Below, in pieces: positions 29,933-39,600 of a DNA stretch of 52,488 nt (the first letter of the stretch is position 1; each line of letters begins with the position of its first letter). The notes under the pieces were generated by a model, which did not search any database, was not told the DNA's origin, and saw nothing but the letters and a program-made list of their open reading frames with translations. The translations under genes were made by a program, and so were the position numbers. The DNA comes from an uncultured Cytophagia bacterium (lineage in GTDB: Bacteria > Zhuqueibacterota > Zhuqueibacteria > Thermofontimicrobiales > Thermofontimicrobiaceae): contig CAZYNP010000032.1 in assembly GCA_964647995.1 (NCBI GenBank), forward strand, positions 1 through 52,488, written 5' to 3'.

Positions 29933-30864
29933 CCTGTTCCGGTCTCAACCCCGATTACGTTAAAAACCGGCTGGAATCTGGTGAGCTATCTGCCACATCA
30001 ACCACTGAATGCAGAAGTAGCCCTGGCTCATATTCACGCGAATCTGGCGATCGCCAAAAACGACATTGGCGGTTTTTTCATCCCCGGAGTGGTTAATACT
30101 TTGGGCAATATGGTGCCGGGAGAGGGTTATTTGCTGTATGTTAATAAATTAGACACACTGATATATCCTTCTGGTCCGAACTTAGCTAAGATTGCCGACC
30201 CATTGGTAGTAACTCATTGTTCTAAACCCGCCCACTTTCAGGTTGTGCCCCCACAGGCGACAATTATTGCGTTGTCGTCACTTCGGTTAAAATCGACGGA
30301 CAACTGCCCACGCCCGGCACTGAGATTGGTGTATTTACTGAGAGTGGTCTTTGTGTTGGCGGCGGTGTCTGGATGAATCAAGAAATTCTGGCAATTACTG
30401 CCTGGCAGGATAATGGTCAGACACCCGAGATTGATGGTTACCTTCCCGGTGAAAAGATGCTCTTTAAAATTTGGTGCAACGACAACGACCGGGAGATCGA
30501 CCCGTTAGCATCATTCAAAAATGGCGATGGCAGCTTCGGCAATGACAGCTATGCCCAGGTGGAATTAGAAACCATCATGTTGCCAACCAGCTATGCCCTG
30601 GAACAGAATTATCCGAATCCGTTTAATCCAGAAACAACAATTAAATATCAGCTCCCCCGGCCGGGAAAAGTGACATTGATAATTTATAATTTGCTAGGGC
30701 AGGAGATCAAAAGGCTGGTTGATGATTATCAATTAGCAGGATACCATACTGCCCTCTGGGATGGGACGGATTCTCAAGGACGATCACTGACAAGTGGGAT
30801 CTATGTCTGTCGAATTCAGACCGAAGAATTTTTCGATAGCAAAAAACTTATAATGTTAAAATAG
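29933..30864 (+). pseudogene. disrupted 3' continuation of the S8 gene: same-frame segment after the TAG, -1 frameshift in a C5 run (30248-30252), then a third copy of the shared domain and a T9SS type-A C-terminal sorting domain
   Basis: Frame-2 translation after the TAG repeats the preceding ~70-aa module (GWNLVSYLP...FFIPGVVNTLGN). If the C5 run is read as C6, the translation becomes 'HFQVVPPTGDNYCVVVTSVKIDGQ', which aligns with 'HFKFTANTGESYSIVIDAATIDNQ' of the downstream gene. The region ends with the sorting-domain sequence 'NYPNPFNPETTIKYQLP...IYNLLGQEI'. Confidence 0.6.
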
Positions 30865-31056
30865 GCTGCGAGAGTTCTCTATCTTTTATTTTGAACTCAA
30901 TCAATCATCCTTTTTCTATAGCCAGGCAACTGCTTTCTCTGGGCTTGAGTTCTCCTTAATTATCGCCTGCTAACATTTGGTGATACTGATGTTCAAGAAC
31001 AGGCCTGGGACCATCCGCATCAAGCGGATAGTCCCAGGCAACTTAATTAATTTAGA

Positions 31057-34000
31057 ATGGAGCTAATGAAGATGAACACCAAAACTCTTAGCAAAAAAAC
31101 ATACCCGTTTTTTTTCCTAGCGACCATTATTTTAATTTTGATACTAGCGAAAATTTGTGAAGCAAGAAATGCACCCAAAATTGAAACCATTTGGGACAAT
31201 CAAATTAAAAAATATAAAATTAGAATGACATTTGACGTGCCTGCCACAAAAGAAAGCGATCCCATCAATCATTCATCCAACCTCCCCCCACTGGCGACAG
31301 CGACACTTGATGTTCCCAAATTCTCAGGTCTTTTTTTAGCAGCAGTTTCCGATGATAAAACACGAGTACTAATCCGTGATCAGCATGCGCCTAGAGCAGA
31401 GGTTAGTTCGTTGGAACTCAATTTGCAAGGTACCGTCAAAAATATCTGCACAATAGATAGAAATATACCGCCCCATTTTGAATCCGATAAAATAACAACC
31501 GACAAGTCAATTTCAGGAGCAAGCGAATCTAACTCTCAGGTTATCCTTATACCCGCAACACAAATAGATACAAAGTCATTACGAACCGCGCCCGTATTTA
31601 AATCCCATGTTGATACAACCAAGGTTTCAATAGCATTCACACCCATATCCATGTCTGCTGCATCAATGCAAGATAATGTCATCAGCAGTACGCCTGCTCT
31701 CAAAGAGATGAATCTTGCATTCGATCTCATAGCAAAAAAAACTTATCTAAAAGACAGCGCTGGCAATGAAATTTCGAGTCCTTCATCTGGTCAAGCAGTT
31801 TATTTCTATGGCGATTGGGATTGTATCGGTTCAGGAACCACGCCCTCTTTCAGGCGCGAATTCAGGCTTGACGGCTCATTATATTCTTATCTTGACGCAA
31901 CAGCCGTGGCAGGATATAGTTATACCACTCATGCTTCGGTAGCTTGGACTGCCACTGCTGGTTCGCACACCCTCGAATTCATTTTAGATTCTAATAACAC
32001 TATTGCCGAAACCAGCGAAACCAACAATACCTCAGTAAAGCAATGCACCACTGCTGGCGTATCGTTAGATCTCGTGGCAGAAAGAGTTTATTTAAAGGAT
32101 AGCAATGGGAATGAAATAGGTGTGCCAGCGGTTGGTCAATCAGTCTATTTTTATGCCGATTGGCGCTGCGATGGCTCAGGCACTACCCCTGTCTTTCGAG
32201 CTGAGTTCAGGCTTGATGGTTCTCTCTGGTCTTATGGGGAAGGAACCGCCACAGGTGGATACGGCTATACTAGCAATTCCAATATTCCATGGACGGCAAC
32301 GGCTGGCACCCACACGTTAGAACGAATTCTGGATGTTAATAATACTGTAACCGAAAACAGCGAGATTAATAACGTCGCCAGCAAGACCTGGAACTCAACA
32401 GGCTGGGATCTGGTAGCCGACAGAGTCTATCTAAAGGATAGCGCTGGTATTGAAGTTGGGACCCCAGCGCTTGGGCAAACCATATATTTCTATTCTGATT
32501 GGCACTGTGATGGCTCTGGCACTTCGGCCAGTTTCCGAGCTGAATTTAAACTTGATGGCTCGCTGTATGCCTACTGGACAGGTACTGCTGATGGAGGCCA
32601 TCATTACATCAGCAATGCGAATTCGCCATGGACGGCCACCAGCGGCAGTCACACTCTGGAGTGGATTTTGGACACCAATGCCAATATCTCTGAAAGCAAC
32701 GAAAATAATAACCTAGCAACCAAAAGCTCGACCACCACGGGTTGGGATCTGGTGGCCGATCGAGTCTATTTACTGGATGGCGCAGGTAATGAAGTTACAA
32801 CTCCCTCGGTTGGGGAATCGATCTATTTCTATTCGGATTGGCACTGCAACGGCTCTGGCACCACGTCGAGTTTTCGATCTGAATTTCGCCTGGACGCGTC
32901 TTTATATGCCTTTATTGATGGCACAGCCATCGGCGGCCATAGTTACAGTACTTATACTGGCCCATGGACGGCTTCCTATGGAAGCCATACATTAGAGTGG
33001 GTAGTCGATAGTAATGATGCGGTTTTAGAGGCCGATGAAAACAATAATAATTCTTCAATGACATGGAACACCGCGGGCATAACAGTCATATCGCCTAATG
33101 GTGGAGAGGTTTGGCCTGTCGGAGCAACCGAAACGCTAACCTGGTCTTCGGGTGGCACCAGCGGCAGTGTTAAAATTGAATATTCTACCAATGGTGGTGC
33201 CAATTGGTCAACTATCATCTCCAGTACGATCGATTATGGCTCATACATTTGGACAATTCCAAACACGCCGTCATCAGCGTGCCTTGTCAGGATTTCGGAC
33301 GTTGACGGAAATCCTTCTGATCAAAGTGACCATCCATTTACGATCATGAATGCAGCTATCACCTTAACAAAGCCCAATGCCGGCGAAAAGTGGACTGCGG
33401 GCTCATCACAAGAGATTACCTGGACCTCGAGCGGAACCAGCGGTAATGTGAAGATCGAATATTCTGCGAATGGTGGCTCCAATTGGTCAACAATTATCAC
33501 CAGTACTCCTGATGACGGTGCATACTCCTGGACAATACCAAATACGCCTTCGACAAATTGTCTGGTCAAAATTGCCGACACCGATGGCACTCCTTCCGAT
33601 CAAAGCGATAATCCATTTGCGATCCAAAGTGCATATATTACTGTAAACCAACCCAACGGAGGCGAAATCTGGACAGCCGGAACAACACAAAGTATAACCT
33701 GGAATTCCTTCGGCACTAGTGGGACCGTAAAGATAGAATACTCTGCGAATAATGGTTCAAGCTGGTCAACAATCATCTCAAGCGCCCCCGATAATGGGAT
33801 ATTTTCATGGAGCATTCCGGATATTTCATCAACAACATGCTTGCTAAGAATTTCCGACATTGATGGAAACCCATCCGACCAAAGCGACGCCCCTTTCACC
33901 ATCCAGAAGGCATATCTTACTGTTGTTAGACCCAATGGGGGCGAGTTATTCACTGTTGGAACAACTGAACAAATCACCTGGACGTCAGCAGCCACCAGCG

Positions 34001-36459
34001 GTAACGTTAAAATTGAATACTCCGCCAACAATGGAAATAGTTGGGCATCCGTCATTTCCAGCGGTCCTGACGATGGTGCTCACCCCTGGACAATTCCCAG
34101 CACTCCTTCGACCAATTGCCTGGTAAAAATCTCAGATGTCGACGGCAATCCTTCAGATCAAAGTGATGCTATTTTTACAATTTGTAATAATTATATTGTC
34201 GTGATTTCACCTAATGGAAATGAAGTATGGGAGGTTGGATCGATTAGAGACATTGTCTGGACTTCCAATGGTAATAGCGGCAATGTAGCAATCGAATATT
34301 CAACAAATGGCGGCATTGACTGGACAGTCGTTAGCTCCAGTACACCGGATGATGGATCATATTCCTGGGTAATTCCGAATACATCGTCAACAAACTGTCT
34401 GTTAAAAATTGCAGATATTGATGGCTATCCTGTCGATCAAAGTGATGGCTTTTTTACTATCCAGTCCTCTCATTTTAAATTCACCGCCAACACCGGTGAG
34501 AGCTATAGCATTGTTATTGATGCGGCCACTATTGATAACCAGTCATTGCTGCCTGGAGACGAAATTGGGGTCTTTACGTCGGCCGGTTTGTGCGTGGGAG
34601 CAACCACCTGGACCGGCACAACACCGTTGTCCTTAACCGCGTGGGCAGATGATAGCCAAACACCAGCAATTGATGGCTACCAAACTGGCGAAATGATGTT
34701 TTTCCGCATCTGGTCGCTAAGTTCCATAACGGAATACCGAACAGTTGCCACCTATTCAGTGGGCAATGGTAAATTCGGCGACGGCGCATACGCCAGAGTA
34801 TCCCGACTGGAGGCGCTAATTACCGAACAATTAACCGTTTCGATCTCGGACACAACCGGTGCGATCAGCAGCATTATTGACATCCCCATTATGATAACCG
34901 ATGTATCAGGCAAAGGAATTATCTCAGTTGCAATGACCATTCAGACCGACACGACCGTCCTGATTCCTATTAGCGCAAGCAATGCTGGCACGCTTACTGC
35001 AGGCTGGGGCATGCCAACTTACAATACGTTAAATGGGCAAATAACCGTAGGCATTTCTGGTACTGCACCACTCAGTGGCAAGGGGAAATTGTGCTTTATC
35101 CGGTGTCAGGTCAATCCAAGGATAGCCGCTGGCAACAGCACGATAGTCCATTTTGTCAAAGTAATGCTGAATGAAGGAAACCCGCCAGCCATAACCCGTG
35201 ATGGCTTATTTAGGGTCAGCAGTGGCTTTCGTGTGGCTGGCAACATAACTTATTATAGCTCAAATTCTGCTATTAGAGATGCGGTGGTTTCCTTAACCGG
35301 TTTCGCACGGCTGGAAAAAACGACTAATATGGCAGGACAATATGAATTCCTGAATGTTGTTGCTGGCAACTATACCGCCCGCCCAGGAAAGGCAAGAGCA
35401 CAAGGAGATGCGATTACCCCATACGATGCCGCCTTGACTTTGCAGTATATCGTCGGCCAACGATTGTTTACGCCCTATCAAATGATCGCAGCGGATGTTT
35501 CAGGCAATGGTCAGGTTTCTTCCTATGACGCATCGCTTATTCTCAAATATTATGTTCAGCTCATCCGCCAATTCCCCGTTATGTCGGATTCGATTCACTT
35601 CTGGACATTTGTGCCCAATAATTATCCCATCAGCTCAGTCAACTGGTCGCTGGCGCCAGATAGTCTCCGCTATGAACCGCTTAATACCGATCAATTGGAC
35701 CAGAATTATCTGGCAATTGTCTATGGCGATCCAAGCGGAAATTGGAGTCCGTCGGGGATGTTGGCAGGAGCCAGCAAAACAGGGGAAGTCCAGGTCACGC
35801 TCGGCTTGGGGAAATTACATTCGCTGCCAGACAACCGTTTGATGGTTCCAATAATGGTGTCTGGGGCCAATGCCCTCGTTTCTGCTGGGCTGATGGTGAA
35901 TTATGATCCTGCTGCCGTCAAGATAGTTGCAGTAACAACAACAGAATTGACCTCCGATTTTATCATTGCGCATCATGTTGACGCCAATCGACTCACCATT
36001 GGGCTAGCAGGCGCTGCGGCGATCAATCAAGATGGTGCCATAGCCACAATCATCTTTGAGAGCTCGCTTTCGAGTAACGAAATGACCGATATCCTTACGT
36101 TAAGCCAGGCGGATGTGAACGAGCAACCGGTTGCGGTTAAAGTTCAGCCAACCGCTCAAATACCAACGACCTCTATCCCGCAGCAATTCGTTCTGTTTCA
36201 GAACCATCCAAATCCGTTTAATCCGAGCACGTTGATTCGCTATCATCTGCCGGTGTTAGCTACGGTTAAATTGGAAATCTATAATTCAAGGGGAGAGTTG
36301 GTTAGAACCTTGGTGAATGAGACGCAACGCGCTGGAGATTATTCCGCCTCCTGGGATGGACGGAACGAGAGCGGCCACCCGGTGGCCAATGGAATGTATA
36401 TCTATTACCTTCGGTCGGGAGATGTGGTGTTAGCTCGGAAAATGGTTCTTCTTCGATAG
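31057..36459 (+). CDS. giant T9SS-sorted surface protein: 6x ~115-aa CARDB-like repeats, 9x ~83-aa beta-sandwich repeats, shared ~115-aa domain, cohesin-like and dockerin-like modules, T9SS type-A CTD
   Basis: N-terminal hydrophobic anchor. The start may be ATG 31066 or 31072. Repeats follow 'WDLVADRVYLKDSAGNE...YFY.DW.C.GSGT...WTA..GSHTLE' and 'ITVISPNGGEVW..G....TW.S.GTSG.VKIEYS.NGG..WS'. The dockerin-like repeats are 'ITPYDAALTLQYIVG' and 'AADVSGNGQVSSYDASLILKYYV'. Cohesin-like segments are present. The C-terminus is 'NHPNPFNPSTLIRYHLP...IYNSRGELV'. Confidence 0.8.
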   Translation: MELMKMNTKTLSKKTYPFFFLATIILILILAKICEARNAPKIETIWDNQIKKYKIRMTFDVPATKESDPINHSSNLPPLATATLDVPKFSGLFLAAVSDDKTRVLIRDQHAPRAEVSSLELNLQGTVKNICTIDRNIPPHFESDKITTDKSISGASESNSQVILIPATQIDTKSLRTAPVFKSHVDTTKVSIAFTPISMSAASMQDNVISSTPALKEMNLAFDLIAKKTYLKDSAGNEISSPSSGQAVYFYGDWDCIGSGTTPSFRREFRLDGSLYSYLDATAVAGYSYTTHASVAWTATAGSHTLEFILDSNNTIAETSETNNTSVKQCTTAGVSLDLVAERVYLKDSNGNEIGVPAVGQSVYFYADWRCDGSGTTPVFRAEFRLDGSLWSYGEGTATGGYGYTSNSNIPWTATAGTHTLERILDVNNTVTENSEINNVASKTWNSTGWDLVADRVYLKDSAGIEVGTPALGQTIYFYSDWHCDGSGTSASFRAEFKLDGSLYAYWTGTADGGHHYISNANSPWTATSGSHTLEWILDTNANISESNENNNLATKSSTTTGWDLVADRVYLLDGAGNEVTTPSVGESIYFYSDWHCNGSGTTSSFRSEFRLDASLYAFIDGTAIGGHSYSTYTGPWTASYGSHTLEWVVDSNDAVLEADENNNNSSMTWNTAGITVISPNGGEVWPVGATETLTWSSGGTSGSVKIEYSTNGGANWSTIISSTIDYGSYIWTIPNTPSSACLVRISDVDGNPSDQSDHPFTIMNAAITLTKPNAGEKWTAGSSQEITWTSSGTSGNVKIEYSANGGSNWSTIITSTPDDGAYSWTIPNTPSTNCLVKIADTDGTPSDQSDNPFAIQSAYITVNQPNGGEIWTAGTTQSITWNSFGTSGTVKIEYSANNGSSWSTIISSAPDNGIFSWSIPDISSTTCLLRISDIDGNPSDQSDAPFTIQKAYLTVVRPNGGELFTVGTTEQITWTSAATSGNVKIEYSANNGNSWASVISSGPDDGAHPWTIPSTPSTNCLVKISDVDGNPSDQSDAIFTICNNYIVVISPNGNEVWEVGSIRDIVWTSNGNSGNVAIEYSTNGGIDWTVVSSSTPDDGSYSWVIPNTSSTNCLLKIADIDGYPVDQSDGFFTIQSSHFKFTANTGESYSIVIDAATIDNQSLLPGDEIGVFTSAGLCVGATTWTGTTPLSLTAWADDSQTPAIDGYQTGEMMFFRIWSLSSITEYRTVATYSVGNGKFGDGAYARVSRLEALITEQLTVSISDTTGAISSIIDIPIMITDVSGKGIISVAMTIQTDTTVLIPISASNAGTLTAGWGMPTYNTLNGQITVGISGTAPLSGKGKLCFIRCQVNPRIAAGNSTIVHFVKVMLNEGNPPAITRDGLFRVSSGFRVAGNITYYSSNSAIRDAVVSLTGFARLEKTTNMAGQYEFLNVVAGNYTARPGKARAQGDAITPYDAALTLQYIVGQRLFTPYQMIAADVSGNGQVSSYDASLILKYYVQLIRQFPVMSDSIHFWTFVPNNYPISSVNWSLAPDSLRYEPLNTDQLDQNYLAIVYGDPSGNWSPSGMLAGASKTGEVQVTLGLGKLHSLPDNRLMVPIMVSGANALVSAGLMVNYDPAAVKIVAVTTTELTSDFIIAHHVDANRLTIGLAGAAAINQDGAIATIIFESSLSSNEMTDILTLSQADVNEQPVAVKVQPTAQIPTTSIPQQFVLFQNHPNPFNPSTLIRYHLPVLATVKLEIYNSRGELVRTLVNETQRAGDYSASWDGRNESGHPVANGMYIYYLRSGDVVLARKMVLLR

Positions 36460-36523
36460 CCGCATTCGCCAAATGGGGTGATGATATTTTAGATTTAGCA
36501 TCTCAATTCTTAATGAGAAAAAA

Positions 36524-36580
36524 CCTCCTGCCAGTGGGGTCTATGTTCTATTGCCACTGACGGGAGGTTCAACATTTTTT
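36524..36580 (+). terminator. rho-independent terminator after the 31057 gene (CCTCC-TG-CCAGTGG ... CCACTG-ACG-GGAGG followed by TTCAACATTTTTT)
   Basis: Long imperfect hairpin at 36524-36567 followed by a T6 run. Confidence 0.5.
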
Positions 36581-36602
36581 GGCATGAAAGGAGTGCATAC
36601 GT

Positions 36603-39600
36603 ATGAATAAATCTAACTTGCTTGCCGCAATTGTGTTTGGTATTGGCCTATCCCTTCTACTACTGGTAGATTACATCTGGGCGCAGCAATCCCTCTCGCA
36701 ACAGGACTTTGAAAACCAGATAATGAGAACATTGGAGAAGCAGGATTCAACCAAATTAAATATTTTGGTCCGTGATCATCCCTTCAAACTCTTCCCGATT
36801 ATCACAAAACTATTGGATAACTACATTAGCGAAATCCTAGGGGGTCAAGTCGACAAGGCGCAGCAGCATCTCCGGAAGGCCGAGACAATTGCGCGATTAT
36901 ATCAAAAAATGTACAAGCAGGATGCCTTCACCGATCGTTTGGAAAGATATCAGGGATGGTCGCGGGAACAAATGGAAAAAAAGGTATTCGTCGATACCTT
37001 GCTCAGCCAGGGTCGCGGCGCAGCTCTACAGAGCGAATTTGAAGTAGCTCAAAAAGCTTTTAAAGAGGCGCTGGTCATCAGTCAGCAGATCGGATATTTG
37101 GAAGGCGAATGCCGAGCGATGGGGAATATCGGCAATGTTTTTGACGAGATCGGCCGACATGATTCCGCCTTGGTTTACATCCAGAGCAGCCTGCAATTAG
37201 ACCAGAAACTCGCTGATAAGCCTGGAGAGGCTAAAAGCTTGTCCAATTTAGCCACTCGTTTTTGGGTTTTGCATCAATTTGCCGATGCGATTCGAACTTT
37301 TAAAGAAGCATTGGCCCTGGCACGAGAGGTAGGAGATCGCTATCAAGAAGGTATTGTGCTTGGAAACATGGGAGCAACCTACTTGACTATGGGAAATCTG
37401 GACAGCGCAGTTACGCTTCTGGAGCAATCACTCCTTTTGGCTCACGAAACAAAGAATCAAATCGATGTTGGGGTCCGGCTCGGCAACCTGGGGAATCTTT
37501 ACTATAAGAAAGGCGATCCTGAGAAAGCGTTAGAATATTGGGAACAGGCGTTAGCCATACATAAAAAAATGAACAATCAAAAAGACATGGTGATCGTCAA
37601 AGTCAATATTGGGATCATGAACGAACAGTTTGGTCGCATCGATCAGGCGATTAAATATTTAAAAGAGGCGGCCGAAACTGCCCGGCACATCAAAGTGTTT
37701 GCATTGGAGGTGAGCGCTCTCCGCCGCATCGTCCGCCTGCAGCGACTGATAGGTGAACATGAAAAATGTCTGGCCACCCTCTCGCAAATCTTAGAAATTC
37801 AAGTTGCCAATGGCGACAGCGTGGGGGTCTGCGGCACCCTGCTATCTTTGGGCATCACCCATAGTGAAATCAGCAACTACAACGAAGCTGAGGCGTGTTA
37901 CAATCGCGCCCTGAATATAGCAAAAACAGTCGATGATCCCGAACCGCTCTTGAGCTGTCACATCAACCTTGGCTCGTTGTATCATGCTAGGAGTGATCAT
38001 GCCCGAGCGTTAGATGCTGACTTTAAAGCGCTCAAAATTGCTCGTGTCAGCAAAACAGTTGATGCCGAGATAACTTGTTATAACAACATCGGCGTGGTTT
38101 ATAGTGATCTCGGAGATATCGAAAAATCCATTTATTATCATCAGCAAGCGCTGGCTTTGAATGAGAAAATAAAAAATAAACAAGGGATCGCCGACAGCAA
38201 ACTAAATCTCGGTGCAAATTATCTGAATTGGGATCGGCTTTCTAAAGCAGATCAATTGCAAAAATCCAGGCAATGTTTTGAAGAGGCTTTGGTCCTATGT
38301 CGCCAAACTGGCAATAAGCGAGTAGCTGCAATGTGCTTGATGAATCTGGCTACCATTTATAAATTAACTGGCAACTCTTCAAAAGCGCTGGAGTTGCTTC
38401 ATCAAGCTATAGCTATTCAAGATACGCTCCAGGACAGGTCTTATCAGGGAGTTAGCTTTTATCTCCTCGCTGGCATATTTCAACAATTAAAAAATGATTC
38501 AGCCGCATTTGATAATTATCAAAAATCCCTAACTAAGGCACAGCAACTTGGAATTCCGGGAGATATCTGGCAGCCGCAATACCAGATTGGTCTGATATTA
38601 GAAAAACAAGGGCGGGAAAATCAAGCACTAACTTATTACACCAATGCCATAAATACGATCGAATCCATTCGGTCACGACTGCAACTTGAGTCATTCAAAG
38701 TCGGTTTTATGGAAAATAAAATCGGGGTCTATGAGTCGATCATTAAGTTGCTGGTTAAGCAAGGTCGCTATCAGGACGCGTTCGCTTACTCCGAAAAAGC
38801 CAAAGCCAGAGCATTGTTAGATGCACTGGATCGGAGTAACCGGGATATTACCCGTGGTATCTCCGCAGAACTGCGCCAGCAAAAAAAACACCTGGAACAA
38901 AAGATCATCAGTATTCAAGAAGCGCTATTCTCCGAACGAACCCAAAACCAGACAGCACCAGATTACAAGAAACTGGCTATGCTTGAAAAGCGATTGCTCA
39001 AAATCCGAAATCAATATCAGGCGCTTTTACAGGAGATACAAATTCATCATCCGCAGTATGGTCAAATAATGGGCTTTCGTGCTCCCCTGCGCATTCAGGA
39101 AGTGCAACAGCGAATACTTTCACCCAAGACCGCACTTATAGAATACTTCGTTGCTAAAGATCAAATCATTGTCTGGACATTACGCCCCGATGGCAGTCAT
39201 TGTGAGTCATTACCTATAACAAGCGCAGAATTGAAGTTGTTGGTTGATAGCCTGCGCCAACCTTTTCGTTCAATTAAAGAGGGCAAGATTCTGGAACTGT
39301 CAGAAGTTAACTTCGATTTGGCATTGGCGCGAAAATTATATGACCAACTGATTCGCCCTATTGAAAAGCAACTGGTTTCAGCCAGCGAATTGATCATTGT
39401 TCCCGATGGCGTCCTGCATTATTTGCCATTTGAGGCATTAATTACTGAATTGAAAACCGCCGAATCCAGTCAAAGCGTGTTATTTTCACAATTCGAGCAA
39501 GCCCATTTTTTCATTGAGGACTATGCCATTTCTTATGCGCCATCTGCCAGTGTTCTGGATTCCAGGTTGCGCCGAAAGAAGAAAACATCTCCAATGAAGG

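Noticed and set aside
29981-30864. ORFs 29981..30376 and 30373..30864 as independent genes
   Set aside because: Neither has a plausible ribosome-binding site or start context. Their translations continue the upstream S8 protein, in the same frame after the TAG and then via a homopolymer frameshift. They are treated as the disrupted 3' end of that gene.
31200-34400. Nucleotide-level periodicity (about 330 bp and about 250 bp) that could be mistaken for a repeat array or CRISPR
   Set aside because: The periodicity is explained by in-frame protein domain repeats (CARDB-like x6 and ~83-aa x9) inside one long ORF. There is no repeat-spacer structure.
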